This document shows, piece by piece, positions 44,491 to 54,729 of a stretch of 64,000 nucleotides of DNA. The stretch is from an uncultured Bacteroidales bacterium (GTDB lineage Bacteria > Bacteroidota > Bacteroidia > Bacteroidales > VadinHA17). Under the pieces are notes generated by a model. That model did not search any database and had not been told where the DNA came from. It worked only from the letters and a program-made list of their open reading frames with translations. Position numbers and translations under genes: made by a program. The stretch spans positions 1,384-65,383 of the forward strand of contig CAWGRY010000001.1 of NCBI GenBank assembly GCA_963825165.1. Direction: 5' to 3'. The first letter of the stretch is position 1. Each line of letters starts with the position of its first letter.

Positions 44491-45069
44491 ATGTTAAAGG
44501 TTGAAGCAAAAAAGGAGTTGTCACCGGAACAACGTGAAAATCTTCTCAGAGCACTGAAATCCCGTTTTGAGAAAAACATGAATCGTCATAAAGGTCTTGA
44601 ATGGGCCAAGGTACGGGCAAAGCTGGATCAGCAAGCTGGCGGAGAAAAGCTGTGGTCACTCAGTGAAATGGAAAGAACCGGCGGTGAACCGGATGTTGTC
44701 GGTCTTGATAAAAAGACTGGTGAATATATTTTTTATGATTGTTCGGAGGAAACTCCTAAAGGCCGCAGAAGTTTATGTTACGACCGTGAAGGAATGGAGG
44801 CCAGGAAAGAATTTAAACCAAAAGATACCGCTACCGATATGGCAGCAGACATGGGTATTGAGCTATTAACTGAAGAACAATACCGGGAGTTGCAGAGTCT
44901 TGGAAATTTCGATACGAAAACGTCGAGCTGGGTGAAAACACCTGCAGAGATCAGAAAACTTGGCGGCGCCCTCTTTGCTGACCGCCGCTATGACCATGTC
45001 TTCCTGTATCATAACGGTGCAGAATCTTATTATGCTGTCAGGGGCTTCCGCGGCTCGTTAAGGGTTTGA
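44491..45069 (+). CDS. DUF4256-like protein
   Basis: LL..LK.RFEKNMNRH.GLEW..V...L......LWSL.EME.TGGEPDVVG matches my recollection of DUF4256. Confidence 0.45.
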   Translation: MLKVEAKKELSPEQRENLLRALKSRFEKNMNRHKGLEWAKVRAKLDQQAGGEKLWSLSEMERTGGEPDVVGLDKKTGEYIFYDCSEETPKGRRSLCYDREGMEARKEFKPKDTATDMAADMGIELLTEEQYRELQSLGNFDTKTSSWVKTPAEIRKLGGALFADRRYDHVFLYHNGAESYYAVRGFRGSLRV

Positions 45070-45119
45070 ATCCTTAGACATGTTACCTGTATTCATCCTG
45101 ATCAATTAAATCCAAAGCG

Positions 45120-45527
45120 ATGACAATAGAACAAGGCACAAAAGAAAATCCCTGGAACCTTAAAACTCCTCCTCTTACCTCTGACTTCACGATCCACAAA
45201 GATGTCAGAGACAGCAAAGAAGTGCTTGTATGTACTGTCGGAAAGACAGTTTTATACTATGACTACCGGTGTCTTACTGATCTTCATGCAATGCTTAAAA
45301 AGCATGGAGATTGGATGGAGCTTGGTAGTGCTGATGAGCAGAAACCTGCAAAAGAGGGCACTGTCGAAGCGTGGGGTCGCTCGGAAAAAAATCCGGTCGG
45401 TGGATGGTATGGGCTTAAAAAAGGCCTCCGGGGGCGGTTCGGAATGTACATTCCCCCACTAATGGAAAAACTTGGACTGGCAGATCTTACCCATGATCCA
45501 AAAGGAAATAAAATGAGGGCAAGGTAA
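45120..45527 (+). CDS. conserved hypothetical protein
   Basis: 135-aa ORF with codon usage like its neighbours; no domain assigned. Confidence 0.4.
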   Translation: MTIEQGTKENPWNLKTPPLTSDFTIHKDVRDSKEVLVCTVGKTVLYYDYRCLTDLHAMLKKHGDWMELGSADEQKPAKEGTVEAWGRSEKNPVGGWYGLKKGLRGRFGMYIPPLMEKLGLADLTHDPKGNKMRAR

Positions 45528-45557
45528 TTTAACCGATATCCCATAAAAACTAAAAAT

Positions 45558-46256
45558 ATGAAAAGTCTATCTCTAATTCTGTTCGTTGTTCTGTTTGTCA
45601 GCTGCACTCCAGGGAATGATTACAAAACACTCCTTCTCAAGACCAGCGGTATTGTCGAAATAGCGCCTGATGAAGCAAGCATAATATTAGATGCAAATTG
45701 CATAGATATGAATATCAAGCAAGCCAAAGCCTGCTTAATTGACATCACTTCGAGACTTAATGATGATCTGACCAGTTTCGGAATTAAGAAAGAAGACATT
45801 TTGACAACCAATGTCAATCTGAGCAAGGATTATATCTGGACAAATAATTCTCAGGTTTTCAATGGATACAGAGCTTCGGCCACGACACATGTTAAAGTAC
45901 GTGACCTGAAAATCCTGGATGAATTATATTCAAACCTTCTAAGTAATGAAAAGCTGACAATAGGCTCATTGTCATATAGCCACAGTAAGATGGACAGCAT
46001 TAATGGAGTTGCTTCACTGAAAGCCCTGGAAAACGCAAATAAACTGGCAGATCAGATTCTTTCACAACTTCCGGAGAAAAGCAAGATTATTACTAAAATA
46101 AGCAATTTTGAAATATCAAAAAGCGAAGCTCAACCTGAACGTAACGCTAAGATGTTAGAAGTCAATGAACAAGCACTTGATAATAGTTTAATTACTGTCA
46201 ATATAGGAAACATTATGGCTGTACAAAACTTATACGTGGAGTTTAAAATCTATTAA
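45558..46256 (+). CDS. SIMPL (DUF541) domain lipoprotein
   Basis: LFVSC lipobox; same layout as 36490-37197. Confidence 0.55.
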   Translation: MKSLSLILFVVLFVSCTPGNDYKTLLLKTSGIVEIAPDEASIILDANCIDMNIKQAKACLIDITSRLNDDLTSFGIKKEDILTTNVNLSKDYIWTNNSQVFNGYRASATTHVKVRDLKILDELYSNLLSNEKLTIGSLSYSHSKMDSINGVASLKALENANKLADQILSQLPEKSKIITKISNFEISKSEAQPERNAKMLEVNEQALDNSLITVNIGNIMAVQNLYVEFKIY

Positions 46257-46358
46257 AAAATACCGCACATAACAGGACTGTACAGTCTAATCAATATATT
46301 TTCAGGCTTCCATTATTCATAACAGTTTTTTTAACTTGCCGCATCCTTATAATTTCGG

Positions 46359-47552
46359 ATGGGAAAGAAGCAAATCGTCATAATTGGTGGGGGGCCTGCA
46401 GGATTAATGGCTGCAGACCTGCTCAGCGCAGCTCACAAAGTTTCTCTATTCGACAAGGGAAAAAACATCGGGCAAAAATTTCTGTTAGCCGGAAAGGGCG
46501 GTTTTAACCTGACAAATAATTTGCAGGGTGAGGAATTAGCCGGTAAATATTCACCTGCCGGGTTCATGAACAGAGCATTATCGGATTTCGACTCCTCAGC
46601 TCTCCGGCAATGGCTTTCCTCGATGGGTATCCCTACCTTCGTCGGGTCGAGCGGCAGGATTTTCCCGGAGAAAGGTTTCAGTCCGGTTGATGTCCTGAAC
46701 AAAATAAGAGCGAAGCTGGTGGAGCAGGGTGTTCAGTTTCATCCCGAGCATGAACTGGCAGGGTTTGACAACGACAGGCATGTTACCCTGAAAAATAATA
46801 ATCAGGAGGTAATTCATAAAGCAGATTACATTCTTTTCGCTCTGGGAGGAGCCTCGTGGCCAAAAACTGGTTCAGATGGCTCATGGCGGACTATTTTCGA
46901 ATCAATGGGTATTGCTACAAATCCTTTTCAAGCGTCCAATTGCGGCATTAACATAAACTGGCCGGAGGCTGTCAGGCAATATCACGCCGGAAAGCCTGTC
47001 AAGAATATCAGGTTATCTGCTGACGATGTTGAAGTGTTGGGTGAGGTGGTTATTACTGACCACGGCATGGAAGGCAACGGTGTTTATCAGTTGGTACCAA
47101 CCATACGTAACATGCTAAACAAAAAAATGCCTGTACATATTATTATCGATTTTAAACCATCAAATACCGAGGAACATCTCCTGCATAAAGCCAGGGGAAA
47201 GAGTATCAGTACCAGGGATTATGGTCAATTGTTCAATTTAACCGGCGTTCAGATGGCCATAATAAAAGCCTTCACCAGCAGGGAAAATTTTCTTTCGCTT
47301 CCCGGATTCATCACCAGCATCAAAAAACTCGCGATACCAGTTGACTCGCTGAGGCCTGTGGCAGAAGCCATTTCAACGATTGGAGGGATAGACCTGAATG
47401 AGGTAAATGATGACTTTTCATTGAAAAAATACCCCTGGATATACGCCATCGGTGAAATGCTCGATTGGGATGCACCTACCGGAGGTTTTCTGCTTCAGGG
47501 TTGTTTTTCGATGGGACATTATGCTGCCAGTTCGATTCTTGGAAAAGAATAA
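46359..47552 (+). CDS. FAD-dependent flavoprotein (HI0933/BaiN-like, TIGR03862-like)
   Basis: IVIIGGGPAGLMAA dinucleotide-binding motif; C-terminal GEMLDWDAPTGGFLLQ is typical of the HI0933 family. Confidence 0.7.
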   Translation: MGKKQIVIIGGGPAGLMAADLLSAAHKVSLFDKGKNIGQKFLLAGKGGFNLTNNLQGEELAGKYSPAGFMNRALSDFDSSALRQWLSSMGIPTFVGSSGRIFPEKGFSPVDVLNKIRAKLVEQGVQFHPEHELAGFDNDRHVTLKNNNQEVIHKADYILFALGGASWPKTGSDGSWRTIFESMGIATNPFQASNCGININWPEAVRQYHAGKPVKNIRLSADDVEVLGEVVITDHGMEGNGVYQLVPTIRNMLNKKMPVHIIIDFKPSNTEEHLLHKARGKSISTRDYGQLFNLTGVQMAIIKAFTSRENFLSLPGFITSIKKLAIPVDSLRPVAEAISTIGGIDLNEVNDDFSLKKYPWIYAIGEMLDWDAPTGGFLLQGCFSMGHYAASSILGKE

Positions 47553-47879
47553 ATCACCGGTGTTCCATAGGGTGATGATTATTCATTGGAAGCAGCAAAA
47601 TTGCCTAACGGACCAGGCGTGACAAATATGTAAATGAATGGCCTTTTTTGGCCAGAATGATTTTGTTCGCTTTTTTACTTTTGCTCTGTGCTTATTATAT
47701 CAAAGCAAAGTATCTTTATGTGCCGGAGCATGAGTCCTGAGTACCCAGTAAAAGTGAGGGATCTAACATAAGAAAAACGAAGAAACCAGGTACATTCCGG
47801 CACAATTGCCATAAATCAAAAGAAATTTAATATTGGCGACAGGCTAAGGAGCTTTAAGTATGCCTTTAATGGCATCAGG

Positions 47880-48191
47880 ATGCTGTTTGTCAACGAACAC
47901 AATGCATGGATACATTTAGCTGTGGGCGTACTGGTAATAACAGCCGGTTTGGTTTTTAAGATATCCATAATGGAATGGGCGGCAATATTTATTGCAATCG
48001 GACTGGTTTTTACTGCAGAAGCGATAAATACATCCATTGAAAAACTCTCTGATTTTGTATCGCCTGAAAAGCGAAGCCCAATAAGGGAAGTCAAAGATCT
48101 TGCCGCTGCCGGGGTGTTAATCAGTGCAATAACTGCTCTGATAATAGGACTTATTGTATTTGTTCCGAAAATCCTTACATTAATTGGTTGA
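47880..48191 (+). CDS. dgkA: diacylglycerol kinase (prokaryotic DgkA family)
   Basis: NAWIH......E......EAINTSIE...D.........K..AAA.VL motifs. The homologous-looking frame (KKFNIGDRLRSFKYAFNGIR) is open upstream from 47772 but has no ATG/GTG/TTG before 47880. Confidence 0.7.
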   Translation: MLFVNEHNAWIHLAVGVLVITAGLVFKISIMEWAAIFIAIGLVFTAEAINTSIEKLSDFVSPEKRSPIREVKDLAAAGVLISAITALIIGLIVFVPKILTLIG

Positions 48192-48459
48192 CAGGAAATC
48201 AATAAAAGCACTTATGCTCATACCCGGAGTAGGCAAATCTATTGCTCATGATTTGTGGAACATAGGTGTACGCAACATTTCAGATTTATCGGGTCAGGAT
48301 CCTGAATTACTTTACGATTTATCAAATAAATTCTCAGGTGAAATCCAGGACAGATGCCTTCTGTACGTTTTTCGTTGTGCAGTTTATTATGCTGACACAC
48401 CTTTGAAGGAACAAGACCCTGAAAAACTTAAATGGTGGAACTGGAAAGATAAAAAATAA
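48184..48459 (+). CDS. helix-hairpin-helix domain protein
   Basis: LMLIPGVGKSIAHDLWNIGV HhH motif. The start is either TTG 48184 or ATG 48214. Confidence 0.5.
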   Translation: MVDRKSIKALMLIPGVGKSIAHDLWNIGVRNISDLSGQDPELLYDLSNKFSGEIQDRCLLYVFRCAVYYADTPLKEQDPEKLKWWNWKDKK

Positions 48460-48492
48460 CTGTTGAAGTGCCTGCTCTGGCAAAGTTGAATA

Positions 48493-48984
48493 ATGAACTA
48501 TATTATCAGACCCATAGAAGAAAAGGATAATCTGAAGTTAGCCGCTATTATCAGAGAGGTTTTCAAAGAGCATGACGCTCCACGGGAAGGAACAGTCTAT
48601 TCTGATCCTACAACTGACAATCTGTATGAATTGTTTCTTAAACCAAAATCAATACTCTGGGTTGCCGCAATCAATAATGAACCTGTCGGGTGTTGTGGCA
48701 TTTATCCATCTGAAGGATTGCCCGGGGATTGTGCTGAACTGGTCAAGTTTTATTTATCAGCAGATGCCAGGGGCAAAGGAATTGGTAAGGAGTTAATGCA
48801 GAAATCCATCTGTTCAGCCATCGAATTCGGATATAAGCAATTATATTTAGAAAGCCTGCCCCATTTTGCAAAGGCAATTGGAATTTATGAGAAAGAAGGC
48901 TTTGTTAAACTGAATAAACCGCTTGGCAGCTCAAAGCACAAAACATGCAGTATCTGGATGCTGAAGGACCTGGTACAGGGCTGA
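48493..48984 (+). CDS. GNAT family N-acetyltransferase
   Basis: The ...RGKGIGKELM... acetyl-CoA binding motif (R/Q-x-x-G-x-G/A). Confidence 0.7.
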   Translation: MNYIIRPIEEKDNLKLAAIIREVFKEHDAPREGTVYSDPTTDNLYELFLKPKSILWVAAINNEPVGCCGIYPSEGLPGDCAELVKFYLSADARGKGIGKELMQKSICSAIEFGYKQLYLESLPHFAKAIGIYEKEGFVKLNKPLGSSKHKTCSIWMLKDLVQG

Positions 48985-49011
48985 CACCAATCGAAAAAAT
49001 AAGTCCCGGAA

Positions 49012-50073
49012 ATGAACATCAATGACCTTGGTTTTACTGCAGATCTCACTGCCTATCTGGAAGAAAATAATCTCTCAGATTTTTCTGTCGGCAGGGTAAC
49101 CCAGGAGCACCGTGAAAGATATGTCGTCTCAGACGGCGAAAAAGAATACGAGGCTGAGATTACCGGCAACCTGCGATTCTCCGCCAACTCACGGACTGAC
49201 TTTCCTGCAGTAGGCGACTGGGTTGTAATGACAGTATATGATTCAGATCAGGCAGTCATTCATGAAATACTTCCCAGAAAATCAGTACTCGAAAGACTGG
49301 CTGTCGGCAAACCGGGTGAAACTCAGATCATTTCCACTAATATTGATGCGGCTTTCATTGTTCAGGCAATAAACAATAATTTCAGCATCAACAGGCTTGA
49401 ACGGTACCTGACAATCTGCTATTCCGCGAAAATTGAACCGGTACTGGTAATCAGCAAGGTTGATCTGTGCACGGAAAAAGAAGTACAGGATGCCATAAGC
49501 AGTCTCGAAAAAAGAGACAGTAGAATAAAGTATATTCCGCTTAGTAACATGACCCTTCAGGGGCTCGACCAGGTACTTGATTTTATTCAAAAAGGCAGGA
49601 CATATTGCGTAATTGGCTCCTCAGGTGTGGGTAAATCGACCCTCATTAATAACCTCTTAAAAAAGAACATCTTAAAAACCGGGCACATAAGTCTTAGCAC
49701 CAATAAGGGAAGACATGTCACTGACCACCGTGAATTGTTCGTTCTGGAAAACGGCGGTATTATCATAGATACCCCGGGAATGAAAGAATTAGGCATTGCA
49801 GATTCAGCAAACGGATTGGAAATTACATTCGATGTAATTGTAAACCTTGCTCAAAAGTGCAGATTTAAAGACTGTACTCATACAAATGAAGTGGGCTGTA
49901 ATGTTATCGCCGCTGTACATAATGGAGAAATCGATAAAGACTCGTATGAAAACTACATTAAGTTACAGAGGGAAAAAGCCCATTACGAATCTACAATTGC
50001 AGAGAAACGAAAAAAGGACAAGGTTTTCGGCAAGCTTATAAAAAACTATTATAAGGACAATGATAGAAAATAA
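49012..50073 (+). CDS. rsgA: ribosome small subunit-dependent GTPase A
   Basis: Circularly permuted GTPase: VISKVDL (NKxD-like), GSSGVGKSTLINNL (P-loop), DTPGMKE, and Zn-finger CRFKDCTH..EVGC. Confidence 0.9.
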   Translation: MNINDLGFTADLTAYLEENNLSDFSVGRVTQEHRERYVVSDGEKEYEAEITGNLRFSANSRTDFPAVGDWVVMTVYDSDQAVIHEILPRKSVLERLAVGKPGETQIISTNIDAAFIVQAINNNFSINRLERYLTICYSAKIEPVLVISKVDLCTEKEVQDAISSLEKRDSRIKYIPLSNMTLQGLDQVLDFIQKGRTYCVIGSSGVGKSTLINNLLKKNILKTGHISLSTNKGRHVTDHRELFVLENGGIIIDTPGMKELGIADSANGLEITFDVIVNLAQKCRFKDCTHTNEVGCNVIAAVHNGEIDKDSYENYIKLQREKAHYESTIAEKRKKDKVFGKLIKNYYKDNDRK

Positions 50074-50106
50074 TATCAGAGACCTCTTCCCCTCTTTAAA
50101 AAATTC

Positions 50107-52953
50107 ATGATGAAATTACGATACATTCTTTTATTTGTTTTGTGCCAGTCAACTTTCTGGGCTAACGGCCAGGTTGTCCGTGAACGGACCAATATGGATT
50201 TCGGCTGGAGGTTCGCTTTGGGTCATGCTTATGACCCCGCAAAGGATTTTAATAATGGCACAGCATATTTCTCATACTATACCAAGACAGGTTACGGTGA
50301 CGGACCTGCCGACTTTTATTTCGAGGACCGCACCTGGAGACTGATTGACCTGCCTCATGACTGGAATATGGAGCTGCCGTTTGACAGCACAGGGAGCCAC
50401 AGTCACGGTTACAGGGCCATAGGGCGTAACTTTCCGGGAAACAGCATAGGCTGGTACCGGAAGACTTTTACCGTACCTGAAGCAGACCTGGGGAAAAAGA
50501 TATCTGTTGAATTTGACGGTGCACACCGCGATTCCAAAGTATGGGTCAACGGATTCTACCTCGGTGAGAACCACAGCGGATACAATTCCTTTGCATATGA
50601 CATTACAGATTATCTGAATTACAGAGGTGAGAATGTAATCGCAGTACGCGTCGATGCAACAATTGAGGAAGGATGGTACTATGAAGGTGCAGGCATATAC
50701 CGTCATGTCTGGCTGACAAAAACTGCACCGCTTCACGTAGCCAGATACGGTACTTTTATTACAACTTCTCTATCGGGCGATTCTGCAAAACTTGCCATTC
50801 GTACGACCATTATTAATGAATTCAATAAGTCCGTCATATTTAATGTCGGGCAGTTTATTGAAGACGCAGATGGCAGGATAGTCGCAGGAGATAACGGTCA
50901 CAGTAGTGATTTAGCCGGAGGATGTGAAAAAACTGTTTATACAGATGTCAGCATCGTCAATCCAAAGCTCTGGTCAGTTGAAAGGCCCTATCTGCATAAA
51001 CTGATCACCGTTGTTAAAGCAGGAGATACGATCATTGACAGATATGAAACTCCCTTTGGTATTCGCACAGTCAGGTTCGATGCTGACAGCGGATTTTTCC
51101 TGAACGGAAAACATGTCATATTAAAGGGAACCAACAACCATCAGGATCACGCCGGTGTCGGGGTTGCAGTACCTGATGCGCTGCAGGAATTCCGTATCAG
51201 GCGACTGAAGGATATGGGCAGCAACGCGTACCGGTGTTCCCATAATCCGCCCACCCCTGAGTTGCTTGACGCCTGTGACAGGCTTGGCATGCTTGTCATA
51301 GATGAAAACAGGCTGATGGGAACCAACAGTGAACACCTCGATATGCTCAGGCAGATGATGTTACGTGACCGTAACCATCCCAGTGTGATTCTCTGGTCAC
51401 TTGGCAATGAAGAATGGGCTATTGAAAGCAATATCAAAGGGGCACGGATAACCACCACAATGCAAAACTATGCACAGCTCCTCGATTCCTCACGGGCATT
51501 TACTGTGGCAGTAAGCGGCGGATGGGACTACGGAACCGGAATGGTTACGCAGGTGATGGGGTACAATTACCTTGTGCAGGGTGATATGGATGCGCATCAT
51601 GCAAAATTTCCATGGCAGGCCGGTGTCGGTACTGAAGAGACCAATACCATGGGAACGCGCGGGGTATACAGAACAAATATGGCTGCCGGCTACCTTGCTC
51701 CTTCGAATCGTATGCCCGAAAATGTCGGAACTGAATATGGCTGGAATTACTACCTGGCCCGCCCGTTTCTTGCCGGTTTGTTTTACTGGACCGGCTTTGA
51801 TCACCAGGGCGAACCAAATCCCTGTTCATGGCCGGCGGTGGGTGCACAGAAAGGCCTGACAGACCAGTGCGGTTTCCCGAAAGATATTTATTATTACCTG
51901 AAATCATGGTGGGGAGAAGAGCCTGTGATTCATATCATGCCACACTGGAACTGGCAGGGTGAAGAGGGTCAGGAAAAGACAGTTACAGTTTACAGTAACT
52001 GCGAAAAAGTCGAGCTGTTTCTGAACAAAAAGAGTCTTGGGAAAAAGCCCATGAAAGTGAACGGCCACCTGGAATGGAAGGTAAAATATTATCCGGGCAC
52101 ATTATTGGCAAAAGGTTATATCAGTAATAAGGAGGTTATAACTGATAAAGTACAGACAAGCGGCCTGCCGGCAGTTATTCAGCTGATACCTGACAGGAAA
52201 AGTCTCAGGCCAGACATGAGGGACCTCACCGTCGTTACCGTGATGATAGAAGATGATGAGAATCGGTTTGTTCCGACATCCGGAAATGAAGTGACCTTTT
52301 CAGTCGAAGGCCCTGGCAGGATAATTGGTGTTGGTAATGGCGACCCTGCCAGTCATGAAGCAGATCAGTATATCGAAACAATTAGCTTATGCCCTATTGA
52401 AAATCTGAAGATCAAAACGACAGAAAACACAATAGCACGTCCTGAAACGGCAGAAGGTTACGATTACTCACAGTGGCAGGTGGCTTTTCCCGGTAGCCAG
52501 TGGGATACAGCAATTTCAAAGCCGGCAGTTAAAGGAATCATTATCAGAGGTGAATTTGTGGTACCGGATATCAGTAATGCTTCTGAAATTGCCCTGTATG
52601 CAAGATCATTGGGCGAGGAACAGGCAATATATGTCAATGGGCATCTCATATGTTCCGGTATGATGCGTGATAAAGCCAGTCACGAATTCAAGCTTGACAA
52701 GACAGTAGTTCACATGGGGAAAAATGAGTATGTGATTGTGGCGACGCCACTGTTAAAGCAAAACACCTGGGACGAGCTGAATACTTACCCCGGCGCAGTA
52801 AAAGTGGCTTACCCGGCCGGAGAATGGAAACGCAGGGTTTTTAACGGCCTGGCGCAGGTAATCGTACAGAGTACCCGGACGCCGGGGACAATAACGCTGA
52901 AGGCAAGTGCAACCGGATTAACACCGGCGTCTGCGGTCATTATTACAAAATAA
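50107..52953 (+). CDS. glycoside hydrolase family 2 (beta-galactosidase-like)
   Basis: 948 aa with a signal peptide. NHQDHAG...NAYR.SHNPP...DENR...RDRNHPSVILWSLGNEE catalytic-domain motifs. Confidence 0.85.
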   Translation: MMKLRYILLFVLCQSTFWANGQVVRERTNMDFGWRFALGHAYDPAKDFNNGTAYFSYYTKTGYGDGPADFYFEDRTWRLIDLPHDWNMELPFDSTGSHSHGYRAIGRNFPGNSIGWYRKTFTVPEADLGKKISVEFDGAHRDSKVWVNGFYLGENHSGYNSFAYDITDYLNYRGENVIAVRVDATIEEGWYYEGAGIYRHVWLTKTAPLHVARYGTFITTSLSGDSAKLAIRTTIINEFNKSVIFNVGQFIEDADGRIVAGDNGHSSDLAGGCEKTVYTDVSIVNPKLWSVERPYLHKLITVVKAGDTIIDRYETPFGIRTVRFDADSGFFLNGKHVILKGTNNHQDHAGVGVAVPDALQEFRIRRLKDMGSNAYRCSHNPPTPELLDACDRLGMLVIDENRLMGTNSEHLDMLRQMMLRDRNHPSVILWSLGNEEWAIESNIKGARITTTMQNYAQLLDSSRAFTVAVSGGWDYGTGMVTQVMGYNYLVQGDMDAHHAKFPWQAGVGTEETNTMGTRGVYRTNMAAGYLAPSNRMPENVGTEYGWNYYLARPFLAGLFYWTGFDHQGEPNPCSWPAVGAQKGLTDQCGFPKDIYYYLKSWWGEEPVIHIMPHWNWQGEEGQEKTVTVYSNCEKVELFLNKKSLGKKPMKVNGHLEWKVKYYPGTLLAKGYISNKEVITDKVQTSGLPAVIQLIPDRKSLRPDMRDLTVVTVMIEDDENRFVPTSGNEVTFSVEGPGRIIGVGNGDPASHEADQYIETISLCPIENLKIKTTENTIARPETAEGYDYSQWQVAFPGSQWDTAISKPAVKGIIIRGEFVVPDISNASEIALYARSLGEEQAIYVNGHLICSGMMRDKASHEFKLDKTVVHMGKNEYVIVATPLLKQNTWDELNTYPGAVKVAYPAGEWKRRVFNGLAQVIVQSTRTPGTITLKASATGLTPASAVIITK

Positions 52954-52986
52954 CACATACCTTTACTTAAGTTAACCTGTTGAATC

Positions 52987-53676
52987 ATGAGACTGGTAAT
53001 GAAGCTTTTGTCATGCATTCTGCTTCTCACCTTTGCCATTGGCCTGCAAGCCCAGAATGAGAACAAAAAGAATGTTTTCAGCGGTCACCTGGGAGTTTCG
53101 ATACCCACAAACGAATTTGCGCAAACAACCTTTGATTACGACGCAGGCTTTGCAACTGCCGGAGGAAACCTTGAACTGGACTACTACCGCTATACCGGTA
53201 AATATTTTGCTTTAAATGCAAGTATCGGATATGCAGCTTTCGGATTCGATGAAAGTGCTTACACAAATGAATACTACCTTGCTTTAAACCGAACGGATGG
53301 GATAAAGACGGAAGCAGGAGCTTACCAGTTCCTCAATACATCCTTCGGGTTAGTATTCAAGATACCGATAGGAAGTGACTTTGAAGTTTTATTTGTTCCG
53401 GTGATCGGGCTTGCGCTGTGTCATCATCCTGATCTGGTTGTCAACGATGAGGAGACAGGGGTGATTAACAGCGTCAGTAAGGATAATTCCGCAGCCGCAT
53501 CCGCCGGCATAAAAGCGCAGATTAACTATTACTTTTCAGGAAAGTACGGAATCAACCTCTCATACAGCAGGTTTTCCACCACTCCCACCTTCAGCGATGA
53601 AACAAGCTTCGAGCAGCATTTCACACTGCCTGTCAGTTTTCAGAATATCAACATCGGCTTAACTATCATGCTATAA
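52987..53676 (+). CDS. outer-membrane beta-barrel protein
   Basis: Signal peptide and alternating beta-strand pattern. Confidence 0.45.
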   Translation: MRLVMKLLSCILLLTFAIGLQAQNENKKNVFSGHLGVSIPTNEFAQTTFDYDAGFATAGGNLELDYYRYTGKYFALNASIGYAAFGFDESAYTNEYYLALNRTDGIKTEAGAYQFLNTSFGLVFKIPIGSDFEVLFVPVIGLALCHHPDLVVNDEETGVINSVSKDNSAAASAGIKAQINYYFSGKYGINLSYSRFSTTPTFSDETSFEQHFTLPVSFQNINIGLTIML

Positions 53677-53688
53677 AACAACCTGTCA

Positions 53689-54729
53689 ATGAATAGAATA
53701 AGAGCCTTTAGATCACTAATCCTCGTATTTCCAATAATACTGACTTCCTGTTACGACACACACAGATTGAATTTTGACGCAGGTCTTATACCTGTTACGC
53801 CTCAGAATTTCTGGAAGGTCAATTCCTCAGGAGATGATTATAATTCGGACCTGGATTATGACTGGTCCGAAAAATACTTCACACTTATTTTTTCAACCAA
53901 CAGAAAAATTGCCGGGGATTTTGACTTTATCTGTTACGACTGCATGGCTTACTCAGCTCTTTTTTCCGGAGAATTCGAAATGCATGCTGATTTCAGGGAA
54001 TGGGAACTTATTGATTCAATTAACTCAGCAGGCAATGAACTTGGTCCTTGCCTGGTGTATGACCCGGCAAATGGGTTCTTTGATCCGACACAGCTCACAG
54101 GTGCTCAGAAACGGTTCTTTTATGCCTCTGACAAGGGAGGAAGTCTTGACATTTACTGGGCTGATCTGAAAGTGGTGGATGATGAATTTGCGATATCAGG
54201 TGAACCTGCTGAGATTTCAGAAATCAATTCCGGGTCTGATGATGCTTATCCGACAATTTTCTTTGACAGTCAGACCAGGTCCGAAGTCCTTTATTTTACA
54301 TCAGACAGGGGTGACAGTTTTGACATTTACAAAGCCACCGGCAACCCGAATAAATTAATAAATCATTCCACGGGTGTGGTCATTGAGAAAGTAGAGGCAT
54401 TAAGCACAGGAAGTGATGACAAGTGCCCTTATATCAGGGGTGATATCATGGTGTTCGCTTCAGACAGGGCGGGCGGATTTGGCGGCTTTGACCTGTGGTA
54501 TTCAAAGTATGTCAATAACCAATGGTCAGCTCCAATAAATTTCGGAAATGCCATAAATACGGAATACGATGAGTACAGGCCCGTAATAGCCGAAATGAAC
54601 GAGGTTCATTTCCTCAATAATTTCCTAAATGATCTGATGATCTTTTCCTCGAACCGGCCTGGAGGAAAGGGCGGATATGATTTATATTACGTCGGAATAA
54701 GTAAATCGCTGAAACAGATACAAAATTGA
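53689..54729 (+). CDS. PD40/TolB-like beta-propeller repeat lipoprotein
   Basis: ILTSC lipobox. Repeated YFTSDRGDSFDIY / FASDRAGGFGGFDLWY / FSSNRPGGKGGYDLYY motifs. Confidence 0.65.
   Translation: MNRIRAFRSLILVFPIILTSCYDTHRLNFDAGLIPVTPQNFWKVNSSGDDYNSDLDYDWSEKYFTLIFSTNRKIAGDFDFICYDCMAYSALFSGEFEMHADFREWELIDSINSAGNELGPCLVYDPANGFFDPTQLTGAQKRFFYASDKGGSLDIYWADLKVVDDEFAISGEPAEISEINSGSDDAYPTIFFDSQTRSEVLYFTSDRGDSFDIYKATGNPNKLINHSTGVVIEKVEALSTGSDDKCPYIRGDIMVFASDRAGGFGGFDLWYSKYVNNQWSAPINFGNAINTEYDEYRPVIAEMNEVHFLNNFLNDLMIFSSNRPGGKGGYDLYYVGISKSLKQIQN

Larger units (their letters stand above)
37366..46300 (+). other. probable decayed distal part of the cassette array (small accessory genes followed by eroded R''/L'' remnants)
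   Basis: Remnants resembling the repeat 5' end lie just after stop codons at 39622, 40092, 41596, 43927 and 46267. All genes are on + strand. No intact repeat 3' ends. Confidence 0.45.

Noticed and set aside
50135-52649. Numerous 60-150 aa ORFs on both strands inside the GH2 gene. Similar nested ORFs lie inside other long genes, e.g. 58280-58834(-), 60066-60861(-), 22015-22575(-) and 47816-48211(-).
   Set aside because: They are fully embedded in, or antisense to, long ORFs with clear family motifs. They are typical shadow ORFs.
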